Positions 18,455-27,462 of a stretch of 64,000 bases of DNA are shown piece after piece. The notes under the pieces were generated by a model. It was not told the DNA's origin. It saw only the letters and a list, made by a program, of their open reading frames with translations, and ran no database searches. The stretch lies in NCBI GenBank assembly GCA_016875915.1, contig VGOM01000002.1, positions 23,263-87,262 on the forward strand. The letters are read 5' to 3'. Position 1 is the first letter of the stretch, and each line of letters starts with the position of its first letter. The stretch comes from Chloroflexota bacterium. Lineage in GTDB: Bacteria; Chloroflexota; Dehalococcoidia; UBA2247; RBG-13-53-26. The position numbers and the translations under genes were made by a program.

Positions 18455-20452
18455 ATGGCCAGGATAGGCGTCTTCATCTGCCACTGCGGCACCAACATCG
18501 CCGGCACCGTCGACATCGGCCGTGTGGTTGAGGCAGCCGGTCAGATGCCTATGGTGGTCCACGCCGCCGACAACAAGTACAACTGCAGCGAACCGGGGCA
18601 AGCCCTGATCCGCGACGCCATCGCGGAGCACAGGCTGAGCCGGGTGGTCATCGCCGCCTGTTCGCCGCGGATGCACGAGAATACCTTCCGCAAGACCGTG
18701 GCTGCCGCGGGGCTGAACCCGTATCTGCTGGAGATGGCCAATCTGCGTGAGCACTGCAGCTGGGTCCACAGCGATGGGAAGGAAGCGGCCACCACCAAAG
18801 CCATCGAGCTGATCCGGATGGCCGTGTCCAAGGTGGCCCGCCACGAGAAGCTCTTCCCGAAGCAGGTGTCCCTCACCAAGCGGGCACTGGTCATTGGTGG
18901 GGGCATCTCGGGCATCCAGGCGGCCCTGGACATCGCCAATTCCGGCTACAAGGTGGTCCTGGTCGAGCGCGAGCCGACCATCGGCGGCCGCATGGCCCAA
19001 CTGGACAAGACATTCCCTACCCTGGACTGCTCCTCGTGCATCCTCACGCCCAAGATGGTGGATGTGGCCCAGCATGCCAACATCACCCTGCTGACCAGCG
19101 CGGAGGTGAAAGAGGTCAAGGGCTTCGTGGGCAATTTCGAGGTGAGCATTGTCCAGAAGGCCAGGAAGGTTGACCATGCCAAGTGCACCGGGTGCGGAAT
19201 ATGCTGGCAGAAATGCCCGGAGAAGGCCCCCTCGGAGTTCGACATGGGTCTGGGGAAGCGCTCCGCCATCTACATCCCCTTCCCGCAGGCGGTGCCGCCG
19301 AAGCCGGTGATTGACACCGCCAACTGCCGCTACCACAAACACCTGCGCTTCGTGGAGGAGAAGCGGGAGGGCAAGCCGCCACCCCAGTGCCGCGTCTGCG
19401 AGAAACTCTGCCCGGTGGGCGCCATTGACTGGGAGCAGAAGGACGAAGTCCTGACGGAGAAATTCGGAGCCATCATTGTGGCCACGGGCTACAAGGCCTT
19501 CGAGCCCGCGGTCTATGCAGAGCTGGGCTACGGCAAGCACCCCGACGTGATCACCGGACTGGAGATGGAGAGGATGATGAGCGCCTCCGGGCCAGCCGGC
19601 GGCGACGTGACCCGTCCCTCCAACGGCGAGCATCCCAGGGACGTGGTCTTCCTCACGTGCATTGGCTCCAGGGATGAACAGAGGGGCCGGACCTACTGCA
19701 GCAAGGTCTGCTGCATGTACATCGCCAAACACGCCATCATACTGAAGGAGCACTATCCGGACGTGCAGTGCTACGTCTTCTACATGGACGTCCGGGCAGT
19801 GAGCAAGGACTACGAGGAATTCTACAAGCGGGCCCAGGAGAGCGGCGCCATATACATCCGGGGCAAGGTGTCGGGAATACGGCAGGAGGATGGCCGGCTC
19901 GTCGTGCGGGGCGAGGACACGCTGCTGGGGGAGATGGTCGAGATCCCGGCCGATATGGTAGTGCTGGCCGTGGGCATGGAGCACAGTCCGGGATCGGCCG
20001 AGTTGGCCCAGGCCTTGAAGGTCAGCTATGACATCAACGAGCTGTTCATCGAGGCCCACCCCAAGCTGCGTCCCGTGGAGACGATGAGCGATGGGGTCTT
20101 TGTGGCCGGAGCCTGCGTGGGCCCCCGGGACATCCCTGAATCGGTAGCCAGCGGGAGCGCCGCCGCCGCCAAGGTGGCTGCCCTATTCAGCCAGGAATTC
20201 CTCACCACCGACCCCATGGTGGCCAGTGTGGACCAGATGAAATGCGGCGGCTGCCTGCTGTGCACCAAGGTCTGCCCCTTCAAGGCCATCGACACTCAGG
20301 TACTCCGGGATGGCCGGACCGTGGCCGTGGTCAACGAGAGCCTGTGCAAGGGCTGCGGCCTGTGTGTTGCCACCTGCCGGTTCGGTGCGGCCAACCTGCG
20401 CGGGTTCACGCAGCAGCAGCTGCTGGCTGAGGTGACATCTCTATGGCAATAG
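18455..20452 (+). CDS. hdrA: heterodisulfide reductase subunit A-like flavoprotein
   Basis: N-terminal GVFICHCGTNIAGTVD motif, FAD motif VIGGGISGIQAALD, an inserted ferredoxin and a C-terminal ferredoxin (CGGCLLCTKVCP...CKGCGLCVATC). Confidence 0.9.
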   Translation: MARIGVFICHCGTNIAGTVDIGRVVEAAGQMPMVVHAADNKYNCSEPGQALIRDAIAEHRLSRVVIAACSPRMHENTFRKTVAAAGLNPYLLEMANLREHCSWVHSDGKEAATTKAIELIRMAVSKVARHEKLFPKQVSLTKRALVIGGGISGIQAALDIANSGYKVVLVEREPTIGGRMAQLDKTFPTLDCSSCILTPKMVDVAQHANITLLTSAEVKEVKGFVGNFEVSIVQKARKVDHAKCTGCGICWQKCPEKAPSEFDMGLGKRSAIYIPFPQAVPPKPVIDTANCRYHKHLRFVEEKREGKPPPQCRVCEKLCPVGAIDWEQKDEVLTEKFGAIIVATGYKAFEPAVYAELGYGKHPDVITGLEMERMMSASGPAGGDVTRPSNGEHPRDVVFLTCIGSRDEQRGRTYCSKVCCMYIAKHAIILKEHYPDVQCYVFYMDVRAVSKDYEEFYKRAQESGAIYIRGKVSGIRQEDGRLVVRGEDTLLGEMVEIPADMVVLAVGMEHSPGSAELAQALKVSYDINELFIEAHPKLRPVETMSDGVFVAGACVGPRDIPESVASGSAAAAKVAALFSQEFLTTDPMVASVDQMKCGGCLLCTKVCPFKAIDTQVLRDGRTVAVVNESLCKGCGLCVATCRFGAANLRGFTQQQLLAEVTSLWQ

Positions 20453-20874
20453 ACTTCGAACCCAGGATTGTGGGCTTCCTCTGCAACTGGTGCAGCTACG
20501 CCGGGGCTGATATGGCCGGCACGGCACGGATCTGCTACCCCTCGAACATCCGCGTCATCAGGGTGCCCTGCTCGGCCAGGATCGACCCCCTCCTGGTGGT
20601 CAAGGCCTTTCAACTCGGCGCCGACGGCGTGCTGGTGGCGGGCTGCCACCCCGGCGACTGCCACTACACCGAAGGTAACTACTACTCCCGGCGCCGCTTC
20701 GCGCTGCTCTATCCCTTCCTGGAATACCTCGGCATCGAGAAAGGCCGGCTCCGACTGGAATGGGTGTCAGCCTCCGAAGGGAGGAAGTTCTCACATGTGG
20801 TGTCCTCCTTCACCGAGGGCCTGGTCAGCCTGGGCCCCCGGGAGAAGGTCCCGGCAGAAGGAGCGCTGCCATGA
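20443..20874 (+). CDS. MvhD/FlxD-like [2Fe-2S] protein
   Basis: FLCNWCSYAGADMAG...VAGCHPGDCHY. Overlaps the hdrA stop by 10 nt and the next gene by ATGA. Confidence 0.85.
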   Translation: MAIDFEPRIVGFLCNWCSYAGADMAGTARICYPSNIRVIRVPCSARIDPLLVVKAFQLGADGVLVAGCHPGDCHYTEGNYYSRRRFALLYPFLEYLGIEKGRLRLEWVSASEGRKFSHVVSSFTEGLVSLGPREKVPAEGALP

Positions 20875-21731
20875 GCCAGACAGCCCAGATCCGCCAAGCG
20901 GCCAGGGAACTGCTGCAGGGCAAGGCCGTGGAGTGCGTCATCGGCTATGAACGTGGCACCGATGGCGTGAACGCCAGGCCATTCTTCGCCTACGAGGCGG
21001 CGGAGGCCGACAGGCTGATCTTCGATCAAACCTGCACTCACGACCTGGCCAAGTATCTGCTCAACCGCAAGGGCAAGTCCACAGCCATAGTGGTCAAACC
21101 CTGCGATTCACGGGCCATCAACTTGCTCCTCAACGAGAGCCAGATTCAGCGGGACAAGCTCCACATCATTGGAGTGGTCTGCCCCGGCGTGGTGGAGAGG
21201 CGCTGGGGGACTCCCGGCGCCAAGCAGCTCAACGCCTGCCAGGTGTGCCAGCAGCATACGCCGGTGGTCTACGACACCCTGGTAGGCCAACCCGTCTCAG
21301 AGCCGGCGGTTGCCGACCCATACCCCGACGTCGCCGGGATGGAAGCCAAACCGGCCGACGAGAGACGAACCTTCTGGGAAGAGCAGTTCAGCCGGTGCCT
21401 GCGCTGCTATGCCTGCCGTCAGGCCTGCCCTGGCTGCTATTGCCCGGAGTGCTTCGCGGAGAGGCTGGACCCGCTGTGGGTGGGGATCAGGATCGCTCCG
21501 GGCGAGAACGAGGTCTGGAACACCATGCGGGCCTTCCATCTGGCCGGGCGGTGCATCGGCTGCTACCAGTGCGAGCAGGTCTGCCCTGTGAACATCCGAC
21601 TCAGTCTCCTCAACCGCAAGCTGGAGAAGGACGTCCTGGGTATGTTCCATTTCCAAGCGGGCATGGATGCCGAAAGCCCGCCGCCCTTCTCCACATATCA
21701 GAAGGACGAGAAGCTGGGGATAGGCGAATGA
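20871..21731 (+). CDS. iron-sulfur subunit (2x[4Fe-4S]; FrhB/FlxC-like)
   Basis: Start chosen at MSQTAQIRQ (ATGA overlap with the upstream gene). CLRCYACRQACPGCYCPEC and CIGCYQCEQVCP motifs. Confidence 0.65.
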   Translation: MSQTAQIRQAARELLQGKAVECVIGYERGTDGVNARPFFAYEAAEADRLIFDQTCTHDLAKYLLNRKGKSTAIVVKPCDSRAINLLLNESQIQRDKLHIIGVVCPGVVERRWGTPGAKQLNACQVCQQHTPVVYDTLVGQPVSEPAVADPYPDVAGMEAKPADERRTFWEEQFSRCLRCYACRQACPGCYCPECFAERLDPLWVGIRIAPGENEVWNTMRAFHLAGRCIGCYQCEQVCPVNIRLSLLNRKLEKDVLGMFHFQAGMDAESPPPFSTYQKDEKLGIGE

Positions 21732-22720
21732 GACAGTTCATCTCAAAGCAGAATCTGATCTCGTGGCTGCGCCAGCAGATGGAGGCTCGCCAGTTGGTGG
21801 CGCCAACGCAGGTAGATGACCTCATCCTCTTCAGGAGGATCGACCGTGTAGATGACGTCATCCTTCAGTTCCAGAACACCGCAACATCTCCCAAGGAATG
21901 GCTGTTCCCCAAGACCGAGACCCTGTTCCATGTGGAGCGAAAGGACGGAAAGGCGGAACTGATCCCCGCCGAGATCGACGGGGAAACCGTGATCTTCGGC
22001 CTTCGCCCATGCGATGCCAGGGGCATCACCATGCTGGACCTGCCCTACCTGGCGGACCCGGCTGACACCCTCTACCGTCAGCACCGCCAGAAGACCGTTC
22101 TGGTGGGCCTCTCCTGTCTGACGGCCTGCCCGGAGTGCTTCTGTGAAAGCATGGGCAGCGGACCAGAGGACACGGCGGCACTGGACATCATGTTTACCGA
22201 GGTCCGGGACGGCTACCTCGTTCAGGCGATCACAGAGAAGGGCAGGAGTCTCATGCCTCAGGCACTGCTGTCGCCTGCAGAGACGGTCAAGCCGCCAGCC
22301 CCCGAGACGGCCCCGGTGCCAAGTGAAGGCATCACGGCCAAGATGCGCCAAGCCTTCGACGGTCCCTATTGGGGAAGGGTGGCAGACAGATGCATCCACT
22401 GCAATGTCTGCGCCTATGTCTGCCCCACATGCTACTGCTTCGACGTCCGCGACTACACCAACAAGGGCAGCGTGGAGCGGGTGCGCAGCTGGGAGAGCTG
22501 TCAATCGCCGGGGTTCACCAAGATCGCCGGCGGCCATGACCCCCGGGCCAACAAGGGGGCCAGGATGAGACAGAGATTCAGCCACAAACTGCTCTACTTC
22601 CCGGAGCAGTTCGGTCCCCTGCATTGCGTCGGCTGCGGCCGATGCGTCAGGGCCTGCCCGGTGAACATCGACATCAGAGAGATCATGCAGGACGTACAGA
22701 GAATGGGGGCCCCCAAGTGA
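21728..22720 (+). CDS. iron-sulfur subunit, sulfhydrogenase-beta (HydB) / AsrA / FlxB-like
   Basis: Start at MRQFISKQ (ATGA overlap). CPECFCESMG, CIHCNVCAYVCPTCYC and CVGCGRCVRACP motifs. 330 aa, typical of HydB/AsrA. Confidence 0.7.
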   Translation: MRQFISKQNLISWLRQQMEARQLVAPTQVDDLILFRRIDRVDDVILQFQNTATSPKEWLFPKTETLFHVERKDGKAELIPAEIDGETVIFGLRPCDARGITMLDLPYLADPADTLYRQHRQKTVLVGLSCLTACPECFCESMGSGPEDTAALDIMFTEVRDGYLVQAITEKGRSLMPQALLSPAETVKPPAPETAPVPSEGITAKMRQAFDGPYWGRVADRCIHCNVCAYVCPTCYCFDVRDYTNKGSVERVRSWESCQSPGFTKIAGGHDPRANKGARMRQRFSHKLLYFPEQFGPLHCVGCGRCVRACPVNIDIREIMQDVQRMGAPK

Positions 22721-23550
22721 AGTCCGACAACCCCTTCGTGCCCCATATGGCCACGCTGCGGGAGGCAGTGGAGCTGACCCCCGACGTGATGCTCTTCAGG
22801 ATCGACCTCGACGACCCCGACCTCAAGCCCGACTTCAGCTACCAGCCCGGCCAGTTCGTCTTCGTATCCGCCTTCGGGACAGGTGAGTCTCCCTTCGGAT
22901 TGACCTCAGTGTCGTACCGCCGCGGGCCGCTGGAAGTAGCCGTGAGAAAGGTGGGCACGGTGACCGGTTCGCTGCACGAACTGGAGGCCGGGGCCTCCGT
23001 GGGCGTGAGGGGTCCGTTCGGCAATCACTTCCCCCTGGATGATTTCAGAGGGAAGAACATCCACATCATCGGAGGCGGCATCGGTTTCGCACCGCTGCGG
23101 CCGGTGATCCTGACCATCCTGGACCACAGGTCGGACTACGAGGACCTGCTCATCCTCAACGGGGCCCGTACTCCACAGGACCTGGTCTTCGCCAGCGAGT
23201 TCGACACCTGGGCGGCATCGCCGAGGACGAGGCTGGAACTCACCGTTGATGCCGGTGACAAGAGCTGGACGGGCCGGGTGGCCCTGATCCCTTCGGTGGT
23301 CAGGGAGCTGAACCTCTCGCCGCAGAACTCCGTGGCCGTGATCTGCGGTCCGCCGATCATGATCCATTTCACCCTGATTGAACTGAAGAAGCTGGGCTTC
23401 GCCGACCATCAGATCGTGACCACCCTGGAAGGAAAGATGAAGTGCGGCCTGGGCAAGTGCGCCCGCTGCAATGTCGGCGACAAGTACGTCTGCAAAGACG
23501 GTCCCGTCTTCACCCTGGAGCAGATCTCCACGCTCCTGGAGCAGTTCTGA
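22717..23550 (+). CDS. FAD/NAD(P)-binding oxidoreductase with C-terminal [2Fe-2S] (HydG/AsrB/PyrK/FlxA-like)
   Basis: FNR-like fold (RLFSI-type FAD region GQFVFV; NAD(P) motif IGGGIGFAPLRP) and C-terminal CGLGKCARCNVG...C. GTG start in a GTGA overlap with the upstream stop; an ATG at 22747 is the alternative. Confidence 0.8.
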   Translation: MKSDNPFVPHMATLREAVELTPDVMLFRIDLDDPDLKPDFSYQPGQFVFVSAFGTGESPFGLTSVSYRRGPLEVAVRKVGTVTGSLHELEAGASVGVRGPFGNHFPLDDFRGKNIHIIGGGIGFAPLRPVILTILDHRSDYEDLLILNGARTPQDLVFASEFDTWAASPRTRLELTVDAGDKSWTGRVALIPSVVRELNLSPQNSVAVICGPPIMIHFTLIELKKLGFADHQIVTTLEGKMKCGLGKCARCNVGDKYVCKDGPVFTLEQISTLLEQF

Positions 23551-23658
23551 GCATCGTTGGAGACAGCCCTACTCATCGCCACATCCCCCCTCAGACCAGT
23601 CCGCACCCGATGGCTGCCGGCACGATGGACAGACCGATTTCCGGTGTGAGAATATAGG

Positions 23659-24960
23659 ATGTACGAAGATCCTTCAGATTCCGGAGACAACCGGAGAATG
23701 CTTCGTGCGCATGGCCCTCATCTGGTCCTGGTGCTCCTGGCGACTGGGGCACTGCTCTGGCATTCGCCCGGCTCAGTCGGCCTCCCGGCAGCGGGCGTCT
23801 TCGGATTCGCCGGGCTGACCGTCCTTCTGGCCATGGTCAGCAGCGTCCTCGGTCCTTTCGCCGGAGGCAACGAGGCGGAATGGACCGTGTACCTGGAGAA
23901 GGCCCTCAAGGCAGAGAGGGACAGGCTGATGGCCATGCTCAACACCATGGAGGAAGGGGTGGCCATCATCGGCCCGGACCACCGGATCCGCTTCATGAAT
24001 CCCAGCATGGTCAGGGACTTCGGCCACGGCATTGGCGCGCTGTGCCACCGGCATCTCTACGGCTTCGACGAGCCGTGCAACGAGGTGTGCAAGCTCCCAC
24101 AGGTGATCAGGGGCTCCACGGAGAGGTGGGACTACACCTTCGCCGACGGCCGGACCTACGACATGATCGCCGCACCGTTCGCCGACTCCGACGAGAGTCC
24201 CTGCATGCTGGCCACCTACAGGAACGTCACCCGGCAGAAGCAGGTTGAGCTGGAGCTAATCAAGCTCAACCGCCTCAAGTCCGAGCTTCTGTCCAACGTG
24301 TCACACGAACTCAAGTCACCGCTGACCTCCATCAAGGGGATCATCAGCAGCCTGCTGCAGGAGGACATCAGATGGGACGATGCCACCGGCAAGATGCTGC
24401 TGGCCGGAATAAGCGAGGAATCGGACCGGTTGGCCAGCCTGGTGACCAACCTGCTGAACATGAGCAAGCTCGAGGCGGGGGTGTGGAATCCCGAGAAGGA
24501 GGCCTGCGACATATCGGAGATCATTCGTGAGACCCTGGAACGCCAGAAGTGGGTCCACAAGAGCCACACGTTCGAGGCCAACGTCGCCCCGGACCTGCCG
24601 GAGATCTCTGCGGACTCCAACCAGATCAAGCAGGTCCTGATCAATCTGCTGGAAAATGCCGCGGCCTACTCTGAAGAAGGCACCAGGATCGTAGTGGCGG
24701 CCAGGGCGGACGGCAGAGAGATCGAGGTGTCGGTGTCCGACCAAGGCATCGGCATGCCGGCGGAGGAACTGGAGAAGGCCTTTGAGAAGTTCTACCGCGG
24801 CAGCCAGAAGCGCCGCCGCCCCGGAGGCACCGGACTGGGCCTGGCCATCTGCAAATCCATTGTCATGGCTCACGGTGGGCGGATCTGGGCCGAGAGCCAA
24901 CTTGGCAGAGGAAGCACCTTCCGCTTCACCCTGCCCCCAGGCGAGCAGGCCAAGCACTAG
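23659..24960 (+). CDS. membrane-anchored PAS sensor histidine kinase (paralog of the 15422 kinase; same 4-Cys PAS motif)
   Basis: Two N-terminal TM segments; the PAS core has ~60% identity to the kinase at 15422, including C-x10-C-x3-C...PCML. HisKA and HATPase_c domains. The start codon is uncertain (23659 or 23698). Confidence 0.85.
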   Translation: MYEDPSDSGDNRRMLRAHGPHLVLVLLATGALLWHSPGSVGLPAAGVFGFAGLTVLLAMVSSVLGPFAGGNEAEWTVYLEKALKAERDRLMAMLNTMEEGVAIIGPDHRIRFMNPSMVRDFGHGIGALCHRHLYGFDEPCNEVCKLPQVIRGSTERWDYTFADGRTYDMIAAPFADSDESPCMLATYRNVTRQKQVELELIKLNRLKSELLSNVSHELKSPLTSIKGIISSLLQEDIRWDDATGKMLLAGISEESDRLASLVTNLLNMSKLEAGVWNPEKEACDISEIIRETLERQKWVHKSHTFEANVAPDLPEISADSNQIKQVLINLLENAAAYSEEGTRIVVAARADGREIEVSVSDQGIGMPAEELEKAFEKFYRGSQKRRRPGGTGLGLAICKSIVMAHGGRIWAESQLGRGSTFRFTLPPGEQAKH

Positions 24961-24974
24961 AGACTGAAAGCGCG

Positions 24975-25664
<690 letters not shown>

Positions 25665-25688
25665 ACCGGAGAGAGAAACCCCGTCCCC

Positions 25689-26354
25689 TCACGGGATATC
25701 CTCCAGGGTGACCCAGCCCTCCTTCAGCGCCCTGACCACCGCCTCGGTCCGGGAACTGACCTGCAGTTTGTTGAAGATGTGCCCCAGGTGCCCCTGCACC
25801 GTCCTGATGCTCAGACAGAGATCTCTGGCGATATCGGCGTTACTGAGACCGTGGGTGGCCATCCTGAGTATCTCCTTCTCCCGGTCGCTGAGCACCTCCG
25901 CGGACTTGGCCGGCGACGCCTTTGCACCGCCGGCCACGAAGCGATTGAGCACCTTCTTGGCCACCGCCGGATGCAGCACTGACTCGCCGCCGTGCACCGC
26001 ACGCACCGCGTCTATGAACTCGCGGCTGCGTACGCTCTTGAGCAGATACCCGGCAGCCCCGGCCTCCAGCAGACTGAAGACGAACTGATCATCGTCATAG
26101 GCGGACAGTATCAGGATGGTCACCGAAGGGCAGCGGGCCTTGATCTGTCTGGTCGCCTCTATGCCGTCCAGCTTCGGCATCGATATGTCCACGATGGCAA
26201 CATCGGGCCTGGTCTCGTCCGCCAGTTTGACCGCCTCTTCCCCATCAGCAGCCTCACCCACCACCTCCATATCCCCCTCTTGTTCCAGCATCCTCCTGGT
26301 CCCTTCCCTCACCACAGCATGATCATCCGCTATCAGCACACGTATCTTGCCCAC
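25689..26354 (-). CDS. NarL/LuxR-family response regulator (paralog of 37223-37888)
   Basis: Receiver plus LuxR helix-turn-helix (ILRMATHGLSNADIARDL). The ORF track extends it to 26399. The preferred start is the GTG at ~26354, which has a GGAGAGG RBS and an extended -10 TGCTATAAT 26 nt upstream. Confidence 0.85.
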   Translation of the reverse strand: MGKIRVLIADDHAVVREGTRRMLEQEGDMEVVGEAADGEEAVKLADETRPDVAIVDISMPKLDGIEATRQIKARCPSVTILILSAYDDDQFVFSLLEAGAAGYLLKSVRSREFIDAVRAVHGGESVLHPAVAKKVLNRFVAGGAKASPAKSAEVLSDREKEILRMATHGLSNADIARDLCLSIRTVQGHLGHIFNKLQVSSRTEAVVRALKEGWVTLEDIP

Positions 26355-26377
26355 GTTGCCTCTCCTCTGCCTAGGGC

Positions 26378-26388
26378 GGATTATAGCA
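26378..26388 (-). promoter_or_regulatory. extended -10 promoter element TGCTATAAT for the LuxR-type regulator
   Basis: The minus strand reads TGCTATAATC. The identical element sits at the same spacing upstream of the paralogous gene at 37911-37921. Confidence 0.45.
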
Positions 26389-26429
26389 TCGCGCCTCACC
26401 GCCCCCCAGAGGGGAACTACCCGATGCAG

Positions 26430-26446
26430 TAGGCATAAATGCCTAC
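26430..26446. promoter_or_regulatory. palindromic motif TAGGCATAAATGCCTAC (copy B), a putative operator
   Basis: Perfect TAGGCAT-AA-ATGCCTA palindrome. About 45 nt upstream of the LuxR -10 element and ~245 nt upstream of small gene B. Matches copy A in 14 of 17 positions. Confidence 0.4.
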
Positions 26447-26536
26447 CTCATACCCCGACCATGGGAGTTTTAGGCAAGGGCAAACAAGCATTACTGCGGA
26501 AGCCATCCTTCCCCTCCAGATGATACCTTTGGGCCT

Positions 26537-26611
26537 GGAGGTAAGAGATGCGATGAACACCGCAGAAACTCCCTTCTTCGGCTTCCCTTGCGCATGTCTG
26601 CTCTTACCTCC
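26537..26611 (+). promoter_or_regulatory. long imperfect stem-loop in the 5' region of small-protein gene B
   Basis: GGAGGTAAGAG(ATGCG)...(CGCATGTCTG)CTCTTACCTCC. The outer stem is a perfect 11 bp, extendable to ~18 bp; ~80 nt upstream of the ATG at 26692. Confidence 0.3.
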
Positions 26612-26691
26612 AATTTCTTAACAAGACACGCGGCTGAGAGCGAACATGGCGTTCCGGAAACGGCAGGGGGATGGGGAAGGAGGAGTGAGCC

Positions 26692-26874
26692 ATGGACTGG
26701 GAGTTCATTGTAGCGCTGGTGGTGGCCATTCCCATCGTTCTTCTGCCCGTGGCGTTCGTGTGGTACCTCAATATCGGCGGCATCTACGCAACCATACGAG
26801 CTGCGCGGCGCAGGAGGGCGGCACGCCGCGAAAGGGAGGCCGCGTCCACTAGACAGGGACAAGGAGGAGCCTGA
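26692..26874 (+). CDS. small single-pass membrane protein (60 aa), paralog B
   Basis: MDWEFIVALVVAIPIVLLPVAFVWYLNIGG..., then an Arg-rich tail. GGAAGGAGGAG RBS. Its stop overlaps the next start (TGATG). Confidence 0.6.
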   Translation: MDWEFIVALVVAIPIVLLPVAFVWYLNIGGIYATIRAARRRRAARREREAASTRQGQGGA

Positions 26875-27293
26875 TGGCGGACAGGAAGATTGAACAGATC
26901 CGGGAGATTGTCAGTGGAATCGCTGAACCCGACGAAATCGCGGAAGTGGACAGAGTCGTCGGTGAAGCCAAAGGCAGAATCCTGATGGAGTCGAAGCGGG
27001 GGTTCTGGGCCGGCAAGACCCCGTGCTGGGAAATGGTCCGTTGCCCGGAGGCCATCAAGAACGACTGCCCGGCATCAAAAGGCCACTCAGTGGCCTGCTG
27101 GGAGATCGCAGGGACCTACTGCAAGCTGCCTTCGGGACACGACACCAGTATCTGTGAGGTATGCCGGGTGTACAAGAGGTGGGGCGATGGAGAGGTCATC
27201 GCCATCAAGCTCGATACCACAGGGACCACAGGCAGCGCAGCGGCTGAGACCCGCACAAAGGCGGCTTCAGCCAAGGCAAAGGGCGGGAAGTAA
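26874..27293 (+). CDS. cysteine-rich protein of unknown function (8 Cys, two CWE(M/I) motifs)
   Basis: Cysteine array: ...CWEMVRCPEAIKNDCPASKGHSVACWEIAGTYCKLPSGHDTSICEVCRVY... Translationally coupled to the upstream small membrane protein, with an A/K-rich C-terminal tail. Confidence 0.55.
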   Translation: MADRKIEQIREIVSGIAEPDEIAEVDRVVGEAKGRILMESKRGFWAGKTPCWEMVRCPEAIKNDCPASKGHSVACWEIAGTYCKLPSGHDTSICEVCRVYKRWGDGEVIAIKLDTTGTTGSAAAETRTKAASAKAKGGK

Positions 27294-27385
27294 CTCAGGG
27301 ACGTGAATGGCCACGAACAAGGAGTCCATCGGTTGTTGACACAGGCAGGAAGTATGAGATCGCAGAGGTGTAGAGAGGGGGCAGC

Positions 27386-27410
27386 CGGGCGGCGAAGCCC
27401 CCGTTTCTTT
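27386..27410 (+). terminator. putative intrinsic terminator after the Cys-rich protein gene
   Basis: GC-rich hairpin CGGGCGGC-gaa-GCCCCCG followed by UUUCUUU, ~95 nt after the stop. Confidence 0.35.
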
Positions 27411-27462
27411 GGATAAGGGATCTGGTTCCGCGGCTCGTGCGGCACCGCTTAGGAGGCAAGGG

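Noticed and set aside
18275-20059. 594-aa minus-strand ORF
   Set aside because: It is antisense to hdrA and the HdrD-like gene, with no motifs and the low-complexity composition of a GC-driven open frame.
23551-23658. Possible additional copy of the TAGGCA..CCTA motif upstream of the second PAS kinase, and upstream of hoxE (27294-27462)
   Set aside because: Inspected by eye. Only a weak -35/-10-like TTGACA...TATGAG was seen upstream of hoxE, with wrong spacing, and no palindrome match. Not reported as features.
26439-26621. 60-aa ORF (MPTSYPDHG...) spanning the upstream stem-loop of small gene B
   Set aside because: It has no RBS and no conservation with the region upstream of small gene A. 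The sequence is better explained as a structured non-coding leader.
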